Below, one piece after another: positions 39,347 through 47,486 of a stretch of DNA of 64,000 bases; the stretch's first letter is position 1; each line of letters opens with the position of its first letter. Location: NCBI GenBank assembly GCA_903875465.1, contig CAIQWB010000102.1, positions 12,167 to 76,166 on the forward strand. The letters are read 5' to 3'. The DNA comes from an uncultured Verrucomicrobia subdivision 3 bacterium. Lineage in GTDB: Bacteria > Verrucomicrobiota > Verrucomicrobiia > Limisphaerales > UBA11358. Below the pieces are notes generated by a model. It saw nothing but the letters and a program-made list of their open reading frames with translations. It had not been told where the DNA came from and searched no databases. Both the position numbers and the translations under genes were made by a program.

Positions 39347-39787
39347 GGTTCATGAACTCTGATATATTCGTTTATCTCCGGCCGGTCCAGGGTAATTTGG
39401 CTGAAATGAGGGTGAGTTTATAGTGCGGGAAAATGAACCTCCCAAACGGTAGGGTGGGGGTTTTATCCCCAATCCCACGCTGCGCCGGTGCGACCAACTG
39501 TGGGCGGTCATCCGTTTCAGATGGTGGGGCGGCTGGGGATTTTGGGGCGCGACAGACGGTTACCTATGGCCGATACCCAAGCCACGCAGGGAATTATTGG
39601 ATGCGGATGGCCCAAAGCAAATGGCCTGGGCTGGCATGGGGCGGGCCGTTGGCGCTGGCCGGGCGAAGTTCGTCCCGGCCATACAGGGCGGTGGTCCTTT
39701 GGCGGCAGGGTTCCCGGGGTGTCATTCCTGGCGATAACCTGATTTTCCGTCTCGAAAAACCGGGCTGGACTGACTAATTTAGGCCGC

Positions 39788-40672
39788 ATGGCTGGCACGC
39801 TGAATCACGAGTTGCTGAATTCCCTGGATTTGCAGGTGCTCTCCGTGCAGCGCACGGAGGCGGGGCGCTGGTGGAATTACCGACATGTGATCAGTCCATT
39901 TTCCCGGTTGTGGCTGATTCTGGAGGGAGAGGCGGTGGTGCGGCATCATGGTCGGGAGTTTTCCTTGCAGCCGGGGCAGTTGCATCTGGTGCCGGCGTTT
40001 GCAGTGCATGATTGTGCCTGTGCGCAGGGCTTTAACCATTATCATCTGCATTTTGCGGCGCGGCTGCCCACGGGGATTGACTTGTTTTCCTTGCTGGACT
40101 GCGAGTATCAGGTGGTGGCGCCGGTTGCGGGGCTGAATTTGTTCCAGCGGTTGGAGGCGATTTATCCGGAACGCAAGCTGCCGTGCTTTGATCCAGGACG
40201 GGCGGAATACAAGCGGTTCCCGGTGTTGAATACACAGGAAGAGCCCACGGCCGGGGTGCTGGCGGGTTTTGAGGCGCGGGGGGTGCTGACCTTGCTGGTG
40301 GCGGAATTTTTGAAATCGGCCCGGCATCATGAGGGTCTGCACGCGCGGGTGAGCCGGCAGTTTTTGGCCGTGCAGGAGTACATTCAGGTGCATATGCGCC
40401 AAACCATCCGGCTGGCAGACCTGGCCCGGGTGGTCAAGTTGCATCCGACCTATTTTTCGGATCAATTCCAGCGGGTGGTGGGGGTGCGGCCACTCGATTA
40501 TTTGGTTCGGCGGCGCGTCGAACGAGCCCAATACCTGCTGCTCACCACGCAGGATTCGGTGAAGGCGATTGCGGATGCGGTGGGCATTGCGGATCCCGCA
40601 TATTTCAGCCGGGTGTTTACGCGGTTGTGCGGGGCGAGTCCCACGGCCTACCGGTCGGCGCATTCGGCCTAG
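39788..40672 (+). CDS. AraC-family transcriptional regulator (cupin N-domain plus HTH)
   Basis: C-terminal IADAVGIADPAYFSRVFTRLCGASPTAYR is an AraC HTH signature. Confidence 0.88.
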   Translation: MAGTLNHELLNSLDLQVLSVQRTEAGRWWNYRHVISPFSRLWLILEGEAVVRHHGREFSLQPGQLHLVPAFAVHDCACAQGFNHYHLHFAARLPTGIDLFSLLDCEYQVVAPVAGLNLFQRLEAIYPERKLPCFDPGRAEYKRFPVLNTQEEPTAGVLAGFEARGVLTLLVAEFLKSARHHEGLHARVSRQFLAVQEYIQVHMRQTIRLADLARVVKLHPTYFSDQFQRVVGVRPLDYLVRRRVERAQYLLLTTQDSVKAIADAVGIADPAYFSRVFTRLCGASPTAYRSAHSA

Positions 40673-40810
40673 GGGCGATGCGAGAAGGGGGGGACTGGCG
40701 GCGGGAACCTGTGATAAGTCCAAGCTTTTCCTGTTCGCGTCCATGCGAATTGGCTTACGGTTTGCCGTGCCTTTGTCATTATGGGAATACAATAACCAAT
40801 TATTTAATTC

Positions 40811-42598
40811 ATGCAAACCTTATCGCTCTTTAACGGCACGCTGCCGAAAGTTGGCATTCGTCCCACGATTGATGGCCGGCTCGGCGGCGTGCGCGAATCG
40901 CTGGAAACCCAAACCATGGATCTGGCCAAGTCGGCGGCGGCGTTTATTTCGGCGTCGTTACGGTATCCCAACGGCCAGCCGGTGGAGTGTGTGATTGCCG
41001 ACACGTGCATCGGCGGGGTGGCCGAGGCGGCGGCGTGTGCGGAGAAGTTTGCCCGCGAAGGGGTAGGGGTCGCGCTGACAGTCACGCCGTGCTGGTGCTA
41101 TGGGTCCGAGACCATGGACATGAATCCGGCGGTGCCGAAGGCCGTCTGGGGTTTCAATGGCACGGAACGGCCCGGGGCGGTGTACCTGGCGGCGGTATTG
41201 GCGGGGCACACCCAGAAGGGGCTGCCGGCGTTTAGCATTTACGGGCGCGAGGTGCAGGATGGGGGCGACAAGAGCATTCCGGCGGATGTGCAGGGCAAGT
41301 TGTTGCAATTTGTCCGGGCGGGTCTGGCCACGGCGCTGATGCGGGGCAAATCGTATTTGGGCATGGGCGGCGTTTCGATGGGCATTGCCGGGTCGATTGT
41401 GGACCAGCCGTTCTTTGAGGATTATCTGGGCATGCGGGTGGAAACCATTGACATGACGGAGTTTCTGCGGCGCATGGACAAGGGGATTTTTGATCCGGTG
41501 GAATATGCCAAGGCCCTGGCCTGGGTGAAAAAGAACTGTCCCGAGGGCAAGGATTACAATTCGCCCACCACCAAACGGGCGCGCACCCAACTGGACAGCG
41601 AATGGGAAAAATCGGTGAAAATGGCGCTGATCGCCCGCGATTTAATGGTGGGCAATCCCCGGCTGGCGGAACTGGGTTTTGGCGAGGAGGCGCAAGGGCA
41701 CAACGCCATTGTTTCCGGTTTCCAGGGTCAGCGGCAATGGACGGATTACCAGCCGAACGGGGATTTTCTGGAAGCAATCCTCAACACCTCGTTCGACTGG
41801 AACGGCATCCGGGCACCGTACATTGTGGCCACGGAAAATGATTGTTTGAATGGCGCTTCCATGTTGCTGGGGTATTTGCTCACGAACACAGCCCAGATTT
41901 TTGCCGATGTGCGGACTTACTGGAGTCCCGAAGCGGTCCAGCGGGTGGCGAAGCACAAGCTGACCGGAGTGGCGGCGAATGGGCTTTTGCATTTGATCAA
42001 TTCTGGTCCGGCGACCCTGGATGGCACGGGCCAGCAATCCCACAAGGGCAAACCCGTGATGAAGCCCTTCTGGGAAATCAGCGAGGCGGAGGTTAAGAAA
42101 TGCCTCGGGGCGACCACCTGGCATCCGTCCATCACCGAATATTTCCCTGGCGGTGGCTGGTCCACGCGGTTCCTGACCAAGGGCGGCATGCCGGTGACCA
42201 TGTGCCGGCTCAATCTGGTCAAGGGCTTGGGACCGGCCCTGCAAATCGCCGAAGGGTATACGGTCGATTTGCCGGCCAAGGTGCATGATGCGCTGGATCA
42301 ACGGACGAATCCCACCTGGCCCACCACGTGGTTTGCGCCCATTTTGACGGGGACCGGGGCGTTCCGGGACGTTTACAGCGTGATGAACAACTGGGGAGCC
42401 AATCACGGATCCATCAGCCACGGACATATCGGGGCGGACCTGATTACCTTGGCGGCGATGCTGCGGATTCCGGTGTACATGCACAACGTGGGGGCGGAAC
42501 GGGTGTTCCGGCCCAGTGCCTGGGCGGCTTTTGGCACGGCGGATTTGGAAGGGGCGGATTACCGCGCCTGTGCAAATTTCGGGCCCTTGTATGCCTAA
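40811..42598 (+). CDS. fucI: L-fucose isomerase
   Basis: [22 protein letters not shown]...[14 protein letters not shown] closely parallels E. coli FucI. 595 aa. Confidence 0.95.
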   Translation: MQTLSLFNGTLPKVGIRPTIDGRLGGVRESLETQTMDLAKSAAAFISASLRYPNGQPVECVIADTCIGGVAEAAACAEKFAREGVGVALTVTPCWCYGSETMDMNPAVPKAVWGFNGTERPGAVYLAAVLAGHTQKGLPAFSIYGREVQDGGDKSIPADVQGKLLQFVRAGLATALMRGKSYLGMGGVSMGIAGSIVDQPFFEDYLGMRVETIDMTEFLRRMDKGIFDPVEYAKALAWVKKNCPEGKDYNSPTTKRARTQLDSEWEKSVKMALIARDLMVGNPRLAELGFGEEAQGHNAIVSGFQGQRQWTDYQPNGDFLEAILNTSFDWNGIRAPYIVATENDCLNGASMLLGYLLTNTAQIFADVRTYWSPEAVQRVAKHKLTGVAANGLLHLINSGPATLDGTGQQSHKGKPVMKPFWEISEAEVKKCLGATTWHPSITEYFPGGGWSTRFLTKGGMPVTMCRLNLVKGLGPALQIAEGYTVDLPAKVHDALDQRTNPTWPTTWFAPILTGTGAFRDVYSVMNNWGANHGSISHGHIGADLITLAAMLRIPVYMHNVGAERVFRPSAWAAFGTADLEGADYRACANFGPLYA

Positions 42599-42605
42599 CC
42601 GACTG

Positions 42606-42640
42606 ACAACGCCCGGCCGGGTGACCGGGCGTTGTTTTTG
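42606..42640 (+). terminator. Rho-independent terminator after fucI
   Basis: Stem acaacgcccgg / ccgggcgttgt (11 bp), 8-nt loop, then a T run. Confidence 0.8.
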
Positions 42641-42786
42641 GCTGCGGGCTGGGATTCATGCTTAGATTCGCACCCGGCAGCGAACGGCACAATTCAGTCT
42701 GTAATCAGTGGGCACCTGGCTAAAATAATGGCAGGGCAAGCCGGGGAGTTTTTAGCACAGCCTTGGGTTGGCCATGGCTGGTACAA

Positions 42787-42970
42787 ATCAGGTTTAACCC
42801 GAACTCCGAAATTAAGACGCCCGGTCTGCATCCATCTATTGGGCATAAACGGTTTGGAAAAATCTTACCAGACCGCTGCGGGTATGCGGTGATTTTTCCA
42901 AAGCGTTTCTGCTCCAATATCTTGACGCATCCCGGGCGTTTTAATTTCGGAGTTCGGGTTTAAGCCTGAT
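42787..42970. repeat. 184-bp rod-like nested inverted repeat (MITE-like element or long structured RNA)
   Basis: Outer arms 42787-42824 vs 42931-42970 align over about 38 bp with one mismatch, one indel and one transition. A perfect inner 12-bp pair is tttggaaaaatc (42853-42864) / gatttttccaaa (42891-42902). An innermost pair is accgc/gcggt. Confidence 0.75.
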
Positions 42971-43652
42971 TGGAACTGATCGGCAAATTCTCACAAATGT
43001 GACCGGGCGCGATTGCGGCCAGCCAGGTGGTCAAAAATTGAACTAATTCGGCTTTGTGAGCGCATTCTTGCCGGGGGAGGTTGGGCCGACAAAACGCAAA
43101 GCCGGGGCCGTAGGCCTGGCCATTCAGGACACACGCATTGGTTTGGCATTCCCGCATTTGGCGTTCGGCTTTCGCCAGCGCCTCCGCCGGGGTGCCAGCC
43201 AATTCATATTTCCAGCCGACGAGGAGGCTTTGGGGGAAAAGGGCCCGCATTTTAGTGATCACCTTGGTCGCGGGTTCGAGGTGGATAGTCAGCGCCCCGG
43301 AACGGCTGGCAATTTTGGGCGAATCACAGGCGCGACCTTGCACATCGGTCACGCGACTGACTTTATAATCACATAGTGCGGCGACGTGAAAAGCCGCTCC
43401 GATATTCTCTGTGGCGCTGGCCTGCTCGAGCAAATGCAGCAGGTCGTCATTTGTGTCAAACAAGGTCAAACGACATGGTTCGGCGGGGCCGGGATGGGTG
43501 GCACCGCTGCCTTTGAGGCAAATCACTTCAAAACCCGCACGGGCCAGTTGGTTGCTTAAAGCAACCCCAAGCTCGCCTGTGGAGAAATTGGTCAGCCGCC
43601 GCACTTGATCGATCGGTTCAAAACTGGGTCCGCAGGTGACAATGACTTTCAT
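42960..43652 (-). CDS. Stand-alone CoaB-like protein (phosphopantothenate-cysteine ligase family)
   Basis: MKVIVTCGPSFEPID.VRRLTNFSTGELG resembles the CoaB ITN.SSG..G motif; also has the PKIAS segment. Its last 11 nt, including the stop codon, lie inside the inverted-repeat element. Confidence 0.62.
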   Translation of the reverse strand: MKVIVTCGPSFEPIDQVRRLTNFSTGELGVALSNQLARAGFEVICLKGSGATHPGPAEPCRLTLFDTNDDLLHLLEQASATENIGAAFHVAALCDYKVSRVTDVQGRACDSPKIASRSGALTIHLEPATKVITKMRALFPQSLLVGWKYELAGTPAEALAKAERQMRECQTNACVLNGQAYGPGFAFCRPNLPRQECAHKAELVQFLTTWLAAIAPGHICENLPISSNQA

Positions 43653-43749
43653 AAATGTTTAAAGCCAGCCACGAGTTTGATCTGGCAAAGATTTACTGGT
43701 AGCGAGCCGGGCCGCCCCGTGAACGGTTGGGAATGGTTAACACGGCTTT

Positions 43750-44520
43750 TCATGCGCCCAAAAATTTCTGCCGTGCCGAGGCGGACAAGGCATGCAAATC
43801 GAGGATGGTCAGAAAATCGATCGTCTTAAAATCTTGGTCCAAGGCGGGCGGACCGCAAATTTTTGCCCCCAGACTCAAGTAGGCCCGGAGCAGTTTGGGG
43901 ATTTTAACGGGTTCCGGCGTGAGTTCGTGCAGGGGACACTCACAGGCTGGCAAAGGGCTGACACGCCATGGTGGCGGAGCCAGATGATGGCGGCATAAAT
44001 CGGCATAGGCGGACGCGCCCACCGCCGGTGCTTGCGAGGTGAGTGAGCTGCAACCAAACAGGTAGCGGGCGCCGTGCTGCCGGGCATATTCCGCAATGCC
44101 TTTCCAGAGCAGGCCGAGCACCACCAGGTTGCGATGTTGGGGATGCACACAGGCACGGCCCAATTCAATCAATTCGGCCCGCAACGGTTCGAAGAGCTCC
44201 AAGGCAAATTCCTGTGCACAGTAATAGCCCAGGTGCGCGGCGGCATTCGGGCCGGTTTGCAGGCGGTAGGTACCCACGATGCTGGCAGTGGGCAGATGTT
44301 CAACGACGAGATGCTGGCAAACGGCGTCAAACGGATCTTCATCCCGGCCGGTCGCGTAGGATTGGGCCAGCCCTTCATTGAGTTCCACATTAAAGACCTG
44401 AAACCGCAATCTTTGGGCAGCCCCAACATCCCCGGCATTTTGGGCCAGCCGGATGGCATATTGGGCCGGGGAACTGACCGAGACGCGAAGGATGGCACGA
44501 TCGGTTTTCATGGCGGTCAA
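43750..44520 (-). CDS. OlsB-like GNAT N-acyltransferase (ornithine-lipid / 'hemolysin-like' acyltransferase family)
   Basis: AQRLRFQVFNVELNEGL...YRLQ... pattern typical of the Acetyltransf_5/OlsB family, as I recall it. Confidence 0.6.
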   Translation of the reverse strand: MTAMKTDRAILRVSVSSPAQYAIRLAQNAGDVGAAQRLRFQVFNVELNEGLAQSYATGRDEDPFDAVCQHLVVEHLPTASIVGTYRLQTGPNAAAHLGYYCAQEFALELFEPLRAELIELGRACVHPQHRNLVVLGLLWKGIAEYARQHGARYLFGCSSLTSQAPAVGASAYADLCRHHLAPPPWRVSPLPACECPLHELTPEPVKIPKLLRAYLSLGAKICGPPALDQDFKTIDFLTILDLHALSASARQKFLGA

Positions 44521-44609
44521 ATTATCAACTCCATAATTGGATTTAGCGATGGCAAAGTCATTTTAGCAGGCAATCTCGTCGCCGGATGCAGGCAAATCTG
44601 GTAGCGGCA

Positions 44610-44915
44610 TCATTTCTGGTTCGAGCGGAGTTGCTGCCGGATGCGCGCGCGGGCTGCCTCGGAAAGCTGCGGGGGCAAGGTTGCCACCAATTTATCCGGA
44701 TGTGCCTGGGCGGCATGGCGAAGAAAGATGATGTGCTGCCCATAGCGGCGGCACCATTGGCAAAGCAGAATGTGACAGCGCAGCCCCAACCACCGGCGAA
44801 ACGATAATTTGTGCTCCAAGGCCGCGGATTGCAGGCGGACGGCCGTTTTGCAATTCGGCGATAGCTCCAGCAGGCCCCGCAGCAGGGATTTTGCGATCTT
44901 CATCAACCAATTCAT
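44610..44915 (-). CDS. Small soluble zinc anti-sigma-like protein (zf-HC2, HxxxCxxC), paralog B
   Basis: 101 aa. SPNC...RCHILLCQWCRRY (H-x3-C-x2-C plus an upstream Cys). Alignable with the adjacent 102-aa paralog. Confidence 0.62.
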   Translation of the reverse strand: MNWLMKIAKSLLRGLLELSPNCKTAVRLQSAALEHKLSFRRWLGLRCHILLCQWCRRYGQHIIFLRHAAQAHPDKLVATLPPQLSEAARARIRQQLRSNQK

Positions 44916-44995
44916 GGTTTTTATTCACCCAACAACTCAAATACTTGCGCCACATTTTGGTCATGGCGAGCAGCAGCAAGTTTTCCGCGTTATGG

Positions 44996-45025
44996 TTGGT
45001 CGGAAAGTCGAAAGAATCCTTACAA
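44996..45025 (-). promoter_or_regulatory. ECF-type promoter candidate (copy B): TTGTAAGGA-N14-CGACCAA
   Basis: Minus-strand reading: AATAAATTGTAAGGA ttctttcgactttc CGACCAA. It overlaps the stop codon of anti-sigma paralog A and points at paralog B. Confidence 0.55.
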
Positions 45026-45328
45026 TTTATTACCCGCCACCATTTTCAGGTTTTTCAGGATGCGCTTTCGGGCGTCAATCGAAAGGCTGGGCAGCGTTTT
45101 AACCTGCTGGTCGACCTGGCGTCCGGCTTGCTGGAGAAACCTTAATTGTCCGGCATAGCGTTCACACCATACGCAGATGAGAAAATGCAAGCGCATGCGC
45201 AAGCGCGTGGACAGGGTCAGAGGTTGATCCAGCGACCGGGAGCTCAGGCGGGACATTTCGGCACAATTGGGGGTGTGGTTCCAGATCCACACAATTGCCT
45301 GCATTTTCAGTTTGGTGAAAGGATTCAT
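45020..45328 (-). CDS. Small soluble zinc anti-sigma-like protein (zf-HC2, HxxxCxxC), paralog A
   Basis: Start at ATG 45328 gives an ATGA overlap with the sigma-gene stop (translational coupling). Contains TPNC...LHFLICVWCERY. Confidence 0.65.
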   Translation of the reverse strand: MNPFTKLKMQAIVWIWNHTPNCAEMSRLSSRSLDQPLTLSTRLRMRLHFLICVWCERYAGQLRFLQQAGRQVDQQVKTLPSLSIDARKRILKNLKMVAGNKL

Positions 45329-46086
45329 TCGGCGATTCCCGGTTTGCCAAACCAATTGGTCTCCAGGCAACGACGCAGCGCCATGCGCGCCCGGTGGAGC
45401 ATTACCCAGAGATTGCTTTCCGAGATGTTTAGCAACGAGCAAATGTCCTTGCTGGCCACGCCGTCCACCTCGCGGAGGTTGAAAACGGCGGCAACATTCT
45501 TGGGGAGATTATTTGAGCAATCCTGGAAGGTTTTCCAAAACATTTCACTGTCCAGACTCGCCCCGGGACTGGCCCAATCCTGGGGGCCAAGCTCGTGAAT
45601 CCAGCCATCCTTGAAGAGGCCATCGGGAACGAACCGCTCGCCTTCCTCGTCCGAGTAGAATTCCAAGTCGGTGAACGGTGTTTCGCGGCTGGACTGGCGG
45701 TAATAGTCGTAAATCTTGTTTTTCAAAATCCCCACCAACCAGCTTTTCTCGGCGGCACGGCCGGCAAAACTCCTGCCCCCCTTGAGCGCGGCCAGGAAGG
45801 TTTCCTGCACCGCATCTTCCGCCCGGGCTTGGTCGCGCAAGCGGAGCAGCGCATATTTGAACAGGTAATCGCCATGCAAATCCACCCACTGTTCCGGATC
45901 GGAAAGCTGGCCGGTCGGCGGCGGATTTTCCGCCGGGAGCGGTGGTTGCGGTTGGTTTGGACGGTCAGTCGGCACGGGCTTAGTATCCGCCTTCAGCCAA
46001 AAAAATGCAATTCCCGAGCTGCGGCCGGGAAACCCGCGGGCGAAATAGTTTGTAAGGATTCGTTTTGGTCCACGACTCACCCCCAT
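45325..46086 (-). CDS. ECF-type RNA polymerase sigma factor; N-terminus uncertain
   Basis: Region 2 (DAVQETFLAALKG..., WLVGILKNKIYDYYR) and region 4 (ICSLLNISESNLWVMLHRARMALRRCLE). The first ~70 codons are Pro-rich and overlap promoter copy C, so an in-frame GTG at 45975 is a plausible real start. Confidence 0.85.
   Translation of the reverse strand: MGVSRGPKRILTNYFARGFPGRSSGIAFFWLKADTKPVPTDRPNQPQPPLPAENPPPTGQLSDPEQWVDLHGDYLFKYALLRLRDQARAEDAVQETFLAALKGGRSFAGRAAEKSWLVGILKNKIYDYYRQSSRETPFTDLEFYSDEEGERFVPDGLFKDGWIHELGPQDWASPGASLDSEMFWKTFQDCSNNLPKNVAAVFNLREVDGVASKDICSLLNISESNLWVMLHRARMALRRCLETNWFGKPGIAE
46050..46079 (+). promoter_or_regulatory. ECF-type promoter candidate (copy C): TTGTAAGGA-N14-CGACTCA
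   Basis: AATAGTTTGTAAGGA ttcgttttggtcca CGACTCA. Points toward the FMN-reductase genes. An ATG lies 6 nt after the CGACTC hexamer. Confidence 0.5.
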
Positions 46087-46308
46087 GCAAGCAAAGTGCC
46101 AAACGCAATTTCCCCCGTCCGGGCCAGCCGATGATCAGGGTGGTGCGGCGGCAAAAAGTTCCGTGGCAGAAGGCGCTTTCAAGGCTGCCAGCCACCCGCA
46201 GATCCTTGAATTTTCCCGGCTGGCCCGACTTCCGGCGGCCACGCCTGGCTGGCGATTTTCATCCTTCAACCCTTAACCCTCACCGCCAAATTATTAAATA
46301 AAACTATT

Positions 46309-46899
46309 ATGATCGTCATTATCAGTGGAACCAATCGAAACGGCAGCAACACCCGCAAAGTGGCTGCCCATGTGGAAAAAGCTTATGGCACGCTCGGTGT
46401 GCCCGCCCAAATCATCGATCTCGCCCAATTGCCGCCGGAGATATATTTACCGTCTGCCTATGATAAAACCCCGGCCGCTTTCCAGCCTTTCATCGATAAG
46501 ATTCTCGCGGCCGATGGATTGGTGGTCGTCACGCCCGAATATAACGGAGGTATTCCCGGCGCCCTGAAGTATTTTATCGACATGCTGCCGTTTCCGGACA
46601 GTTTTGACCAGCGGCCGGTTTGTTTTGTGGGCCTGGCGGCGGGGCTCTGGGGGGCCATGCGGCCGACCGAGCAGTTGCAGCAGATTTTTGCCTACCGCCA
46701 CGGACTGGTCTTTCCGGAGCGCGTTTTTCTGCCCGGGGTCAACAACCTGCTGGACTCTACGGGCCGGTTGCAGCCGGTCATCGAAAGAAATCTGCTGCAG
46801 CAGGCCACGAAATTCGCTCGATTTGTGGAAAAGCTCCGGGAGAAAAAATTTGCCCGGGCAACGGAAGCGCCGGCAAGCGTGAGTTTGCCCACGGCCTAA
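46309..46899 (+). CDS. NAD(P)H-dependent FMN reductase family oxidoreductase (paralog 1)
   Basis: MIVIISGTNRNGSNTRKVA...VVVTPEYNGGIPGALKYFID is an FMN_red fold signature. Confidence 0.82.
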   Translation: MIVIISGTNRNGSNTRKVAAHVEKAYGTLGVPAQIIDLAQLPPEIYLPSAYDKTPAAFQPFIDKILAADGLVVVTPEYNGGIPGALKYFIDMLPFPDSFDQRPVCFVGLAAGLWGAMRPTEQLQQIFAYRHGLVFPERVFLPGVNNLLDSTGRLQPVIERNLLQQATKFARFVEKLREKKFARATEAPASVSLPTA

Positions 46900-46903
46900 A
46901 TCC

Positions 46904-47455
46904 TTGGCACCCATGATTCTGATTATTAGTGGCACCAACCGGCCCGGCAGCAATACCCGCAAGGTGGTAGCCCAGTTGGAAGCCATTTATTCCGCTCTGA
47001 GTGTGCCGGTCCAGGTGCTGGATCTGGCGCAATTGCCCCCGAGCATTATTCTGCCTTCCGTTTATGCGCAGAAGCCCATCGAATTCCAATCATTCAGCGA
47101 CGCGGTGCGCGCGGCGGAGGGACTGGTGGTGGTGACGCCGGAATACAACGGGAGCTTTCCCGGCATATTAAAGTACTTTATGGACCTGCTGCCGTTTCCG
47201 GAAAGTTTTGAGCACCGCCCGGTTTGTTTTGTGGGGCTGGCCGCCGGCATGTGGGGTGCCCTGCGCGCGGTGGAGCAACTGCAGGCCATCTTTGGCTATC
47301 GCAACGCCCATATCTTTCCGGAGCGGGTGTTTATTCCGGGCGTTGCCAAAATGGTGGATGCGGCAGGGCGATTCGCGAATACGGACATGGAACAGCGCTT
47401 GGAAAAACAGGCGGCCGGGTTTGTGGATTTTGTAAAAAAACTCAAGGCTAAATAA
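46904..47455 (+). CDS. NAD(P)H-dependent FMN reductase family oxidoreductase (paralog 2)
   Basis: MILIISGTNRPGSNTRKVV...VVVTPEYNGSFPGILKYFMD. Tandem paralog of the previous gene. Confidence 0.82.
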   Translation: MAPMILIISGTNRPGSNTRKVVAQLEAIYSALSVPVQVLDLAQLPPSIILPSVYAQKPIEFQSFSDAVRAAEGLVVVTPEYNGSFPGILKYFMDLLPFPESFEHRPVCFVGLAAGMWGALRAVEQLQAIFGYRNAHIFPERVFIPGVAKMVDAAGRFANTDMEQRLEKQAAGFVDFVKKLKAK

Positions 47456-47456
47456 A

Positions 47457-47486
47457 TTGTAAGGAATCCTTCACCTCCTCGACCAA
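47457..47486 (+). promoter_or_regulatory. ECF-type promoter candidate (copy A): TTGTAAGGA-N14-CGACCAA
   Basis: AATAAATTGTAAGGA atccttcacctcct CGACCAA. ATG 47495 lies 9 nt after the CGACCA hexamer. Confidence 0.55.

Noticed and set aside
39779-40816. 345-aa ORF on the minus strand
   Set aside because: It is antisense to the AraC-family gene. Its extreme R/H/P/Q composition shows no domain-like pattern.
44692-44979. 95-aa ORF beginning just downstream of promoter copy B
   Set aside because: It overlaps anti-sigma paralog B in another frame, has a low-complexity P/A/G-rich tail, and shows no motif. The zf-HC2 frame is clearly the real one.
46201-46230. Possible sixth copy of the TTGTAAG/CGAC motif (ccTTGAATTttcccggctggccCGACtt) that could serve the FMN-reductase genes
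   Set aside because: The -35-like box is poor (TTGAATT). The spacing to CGAC is 13 nt instead of 16. The fixed spacing is the main evidence for the other five copies.
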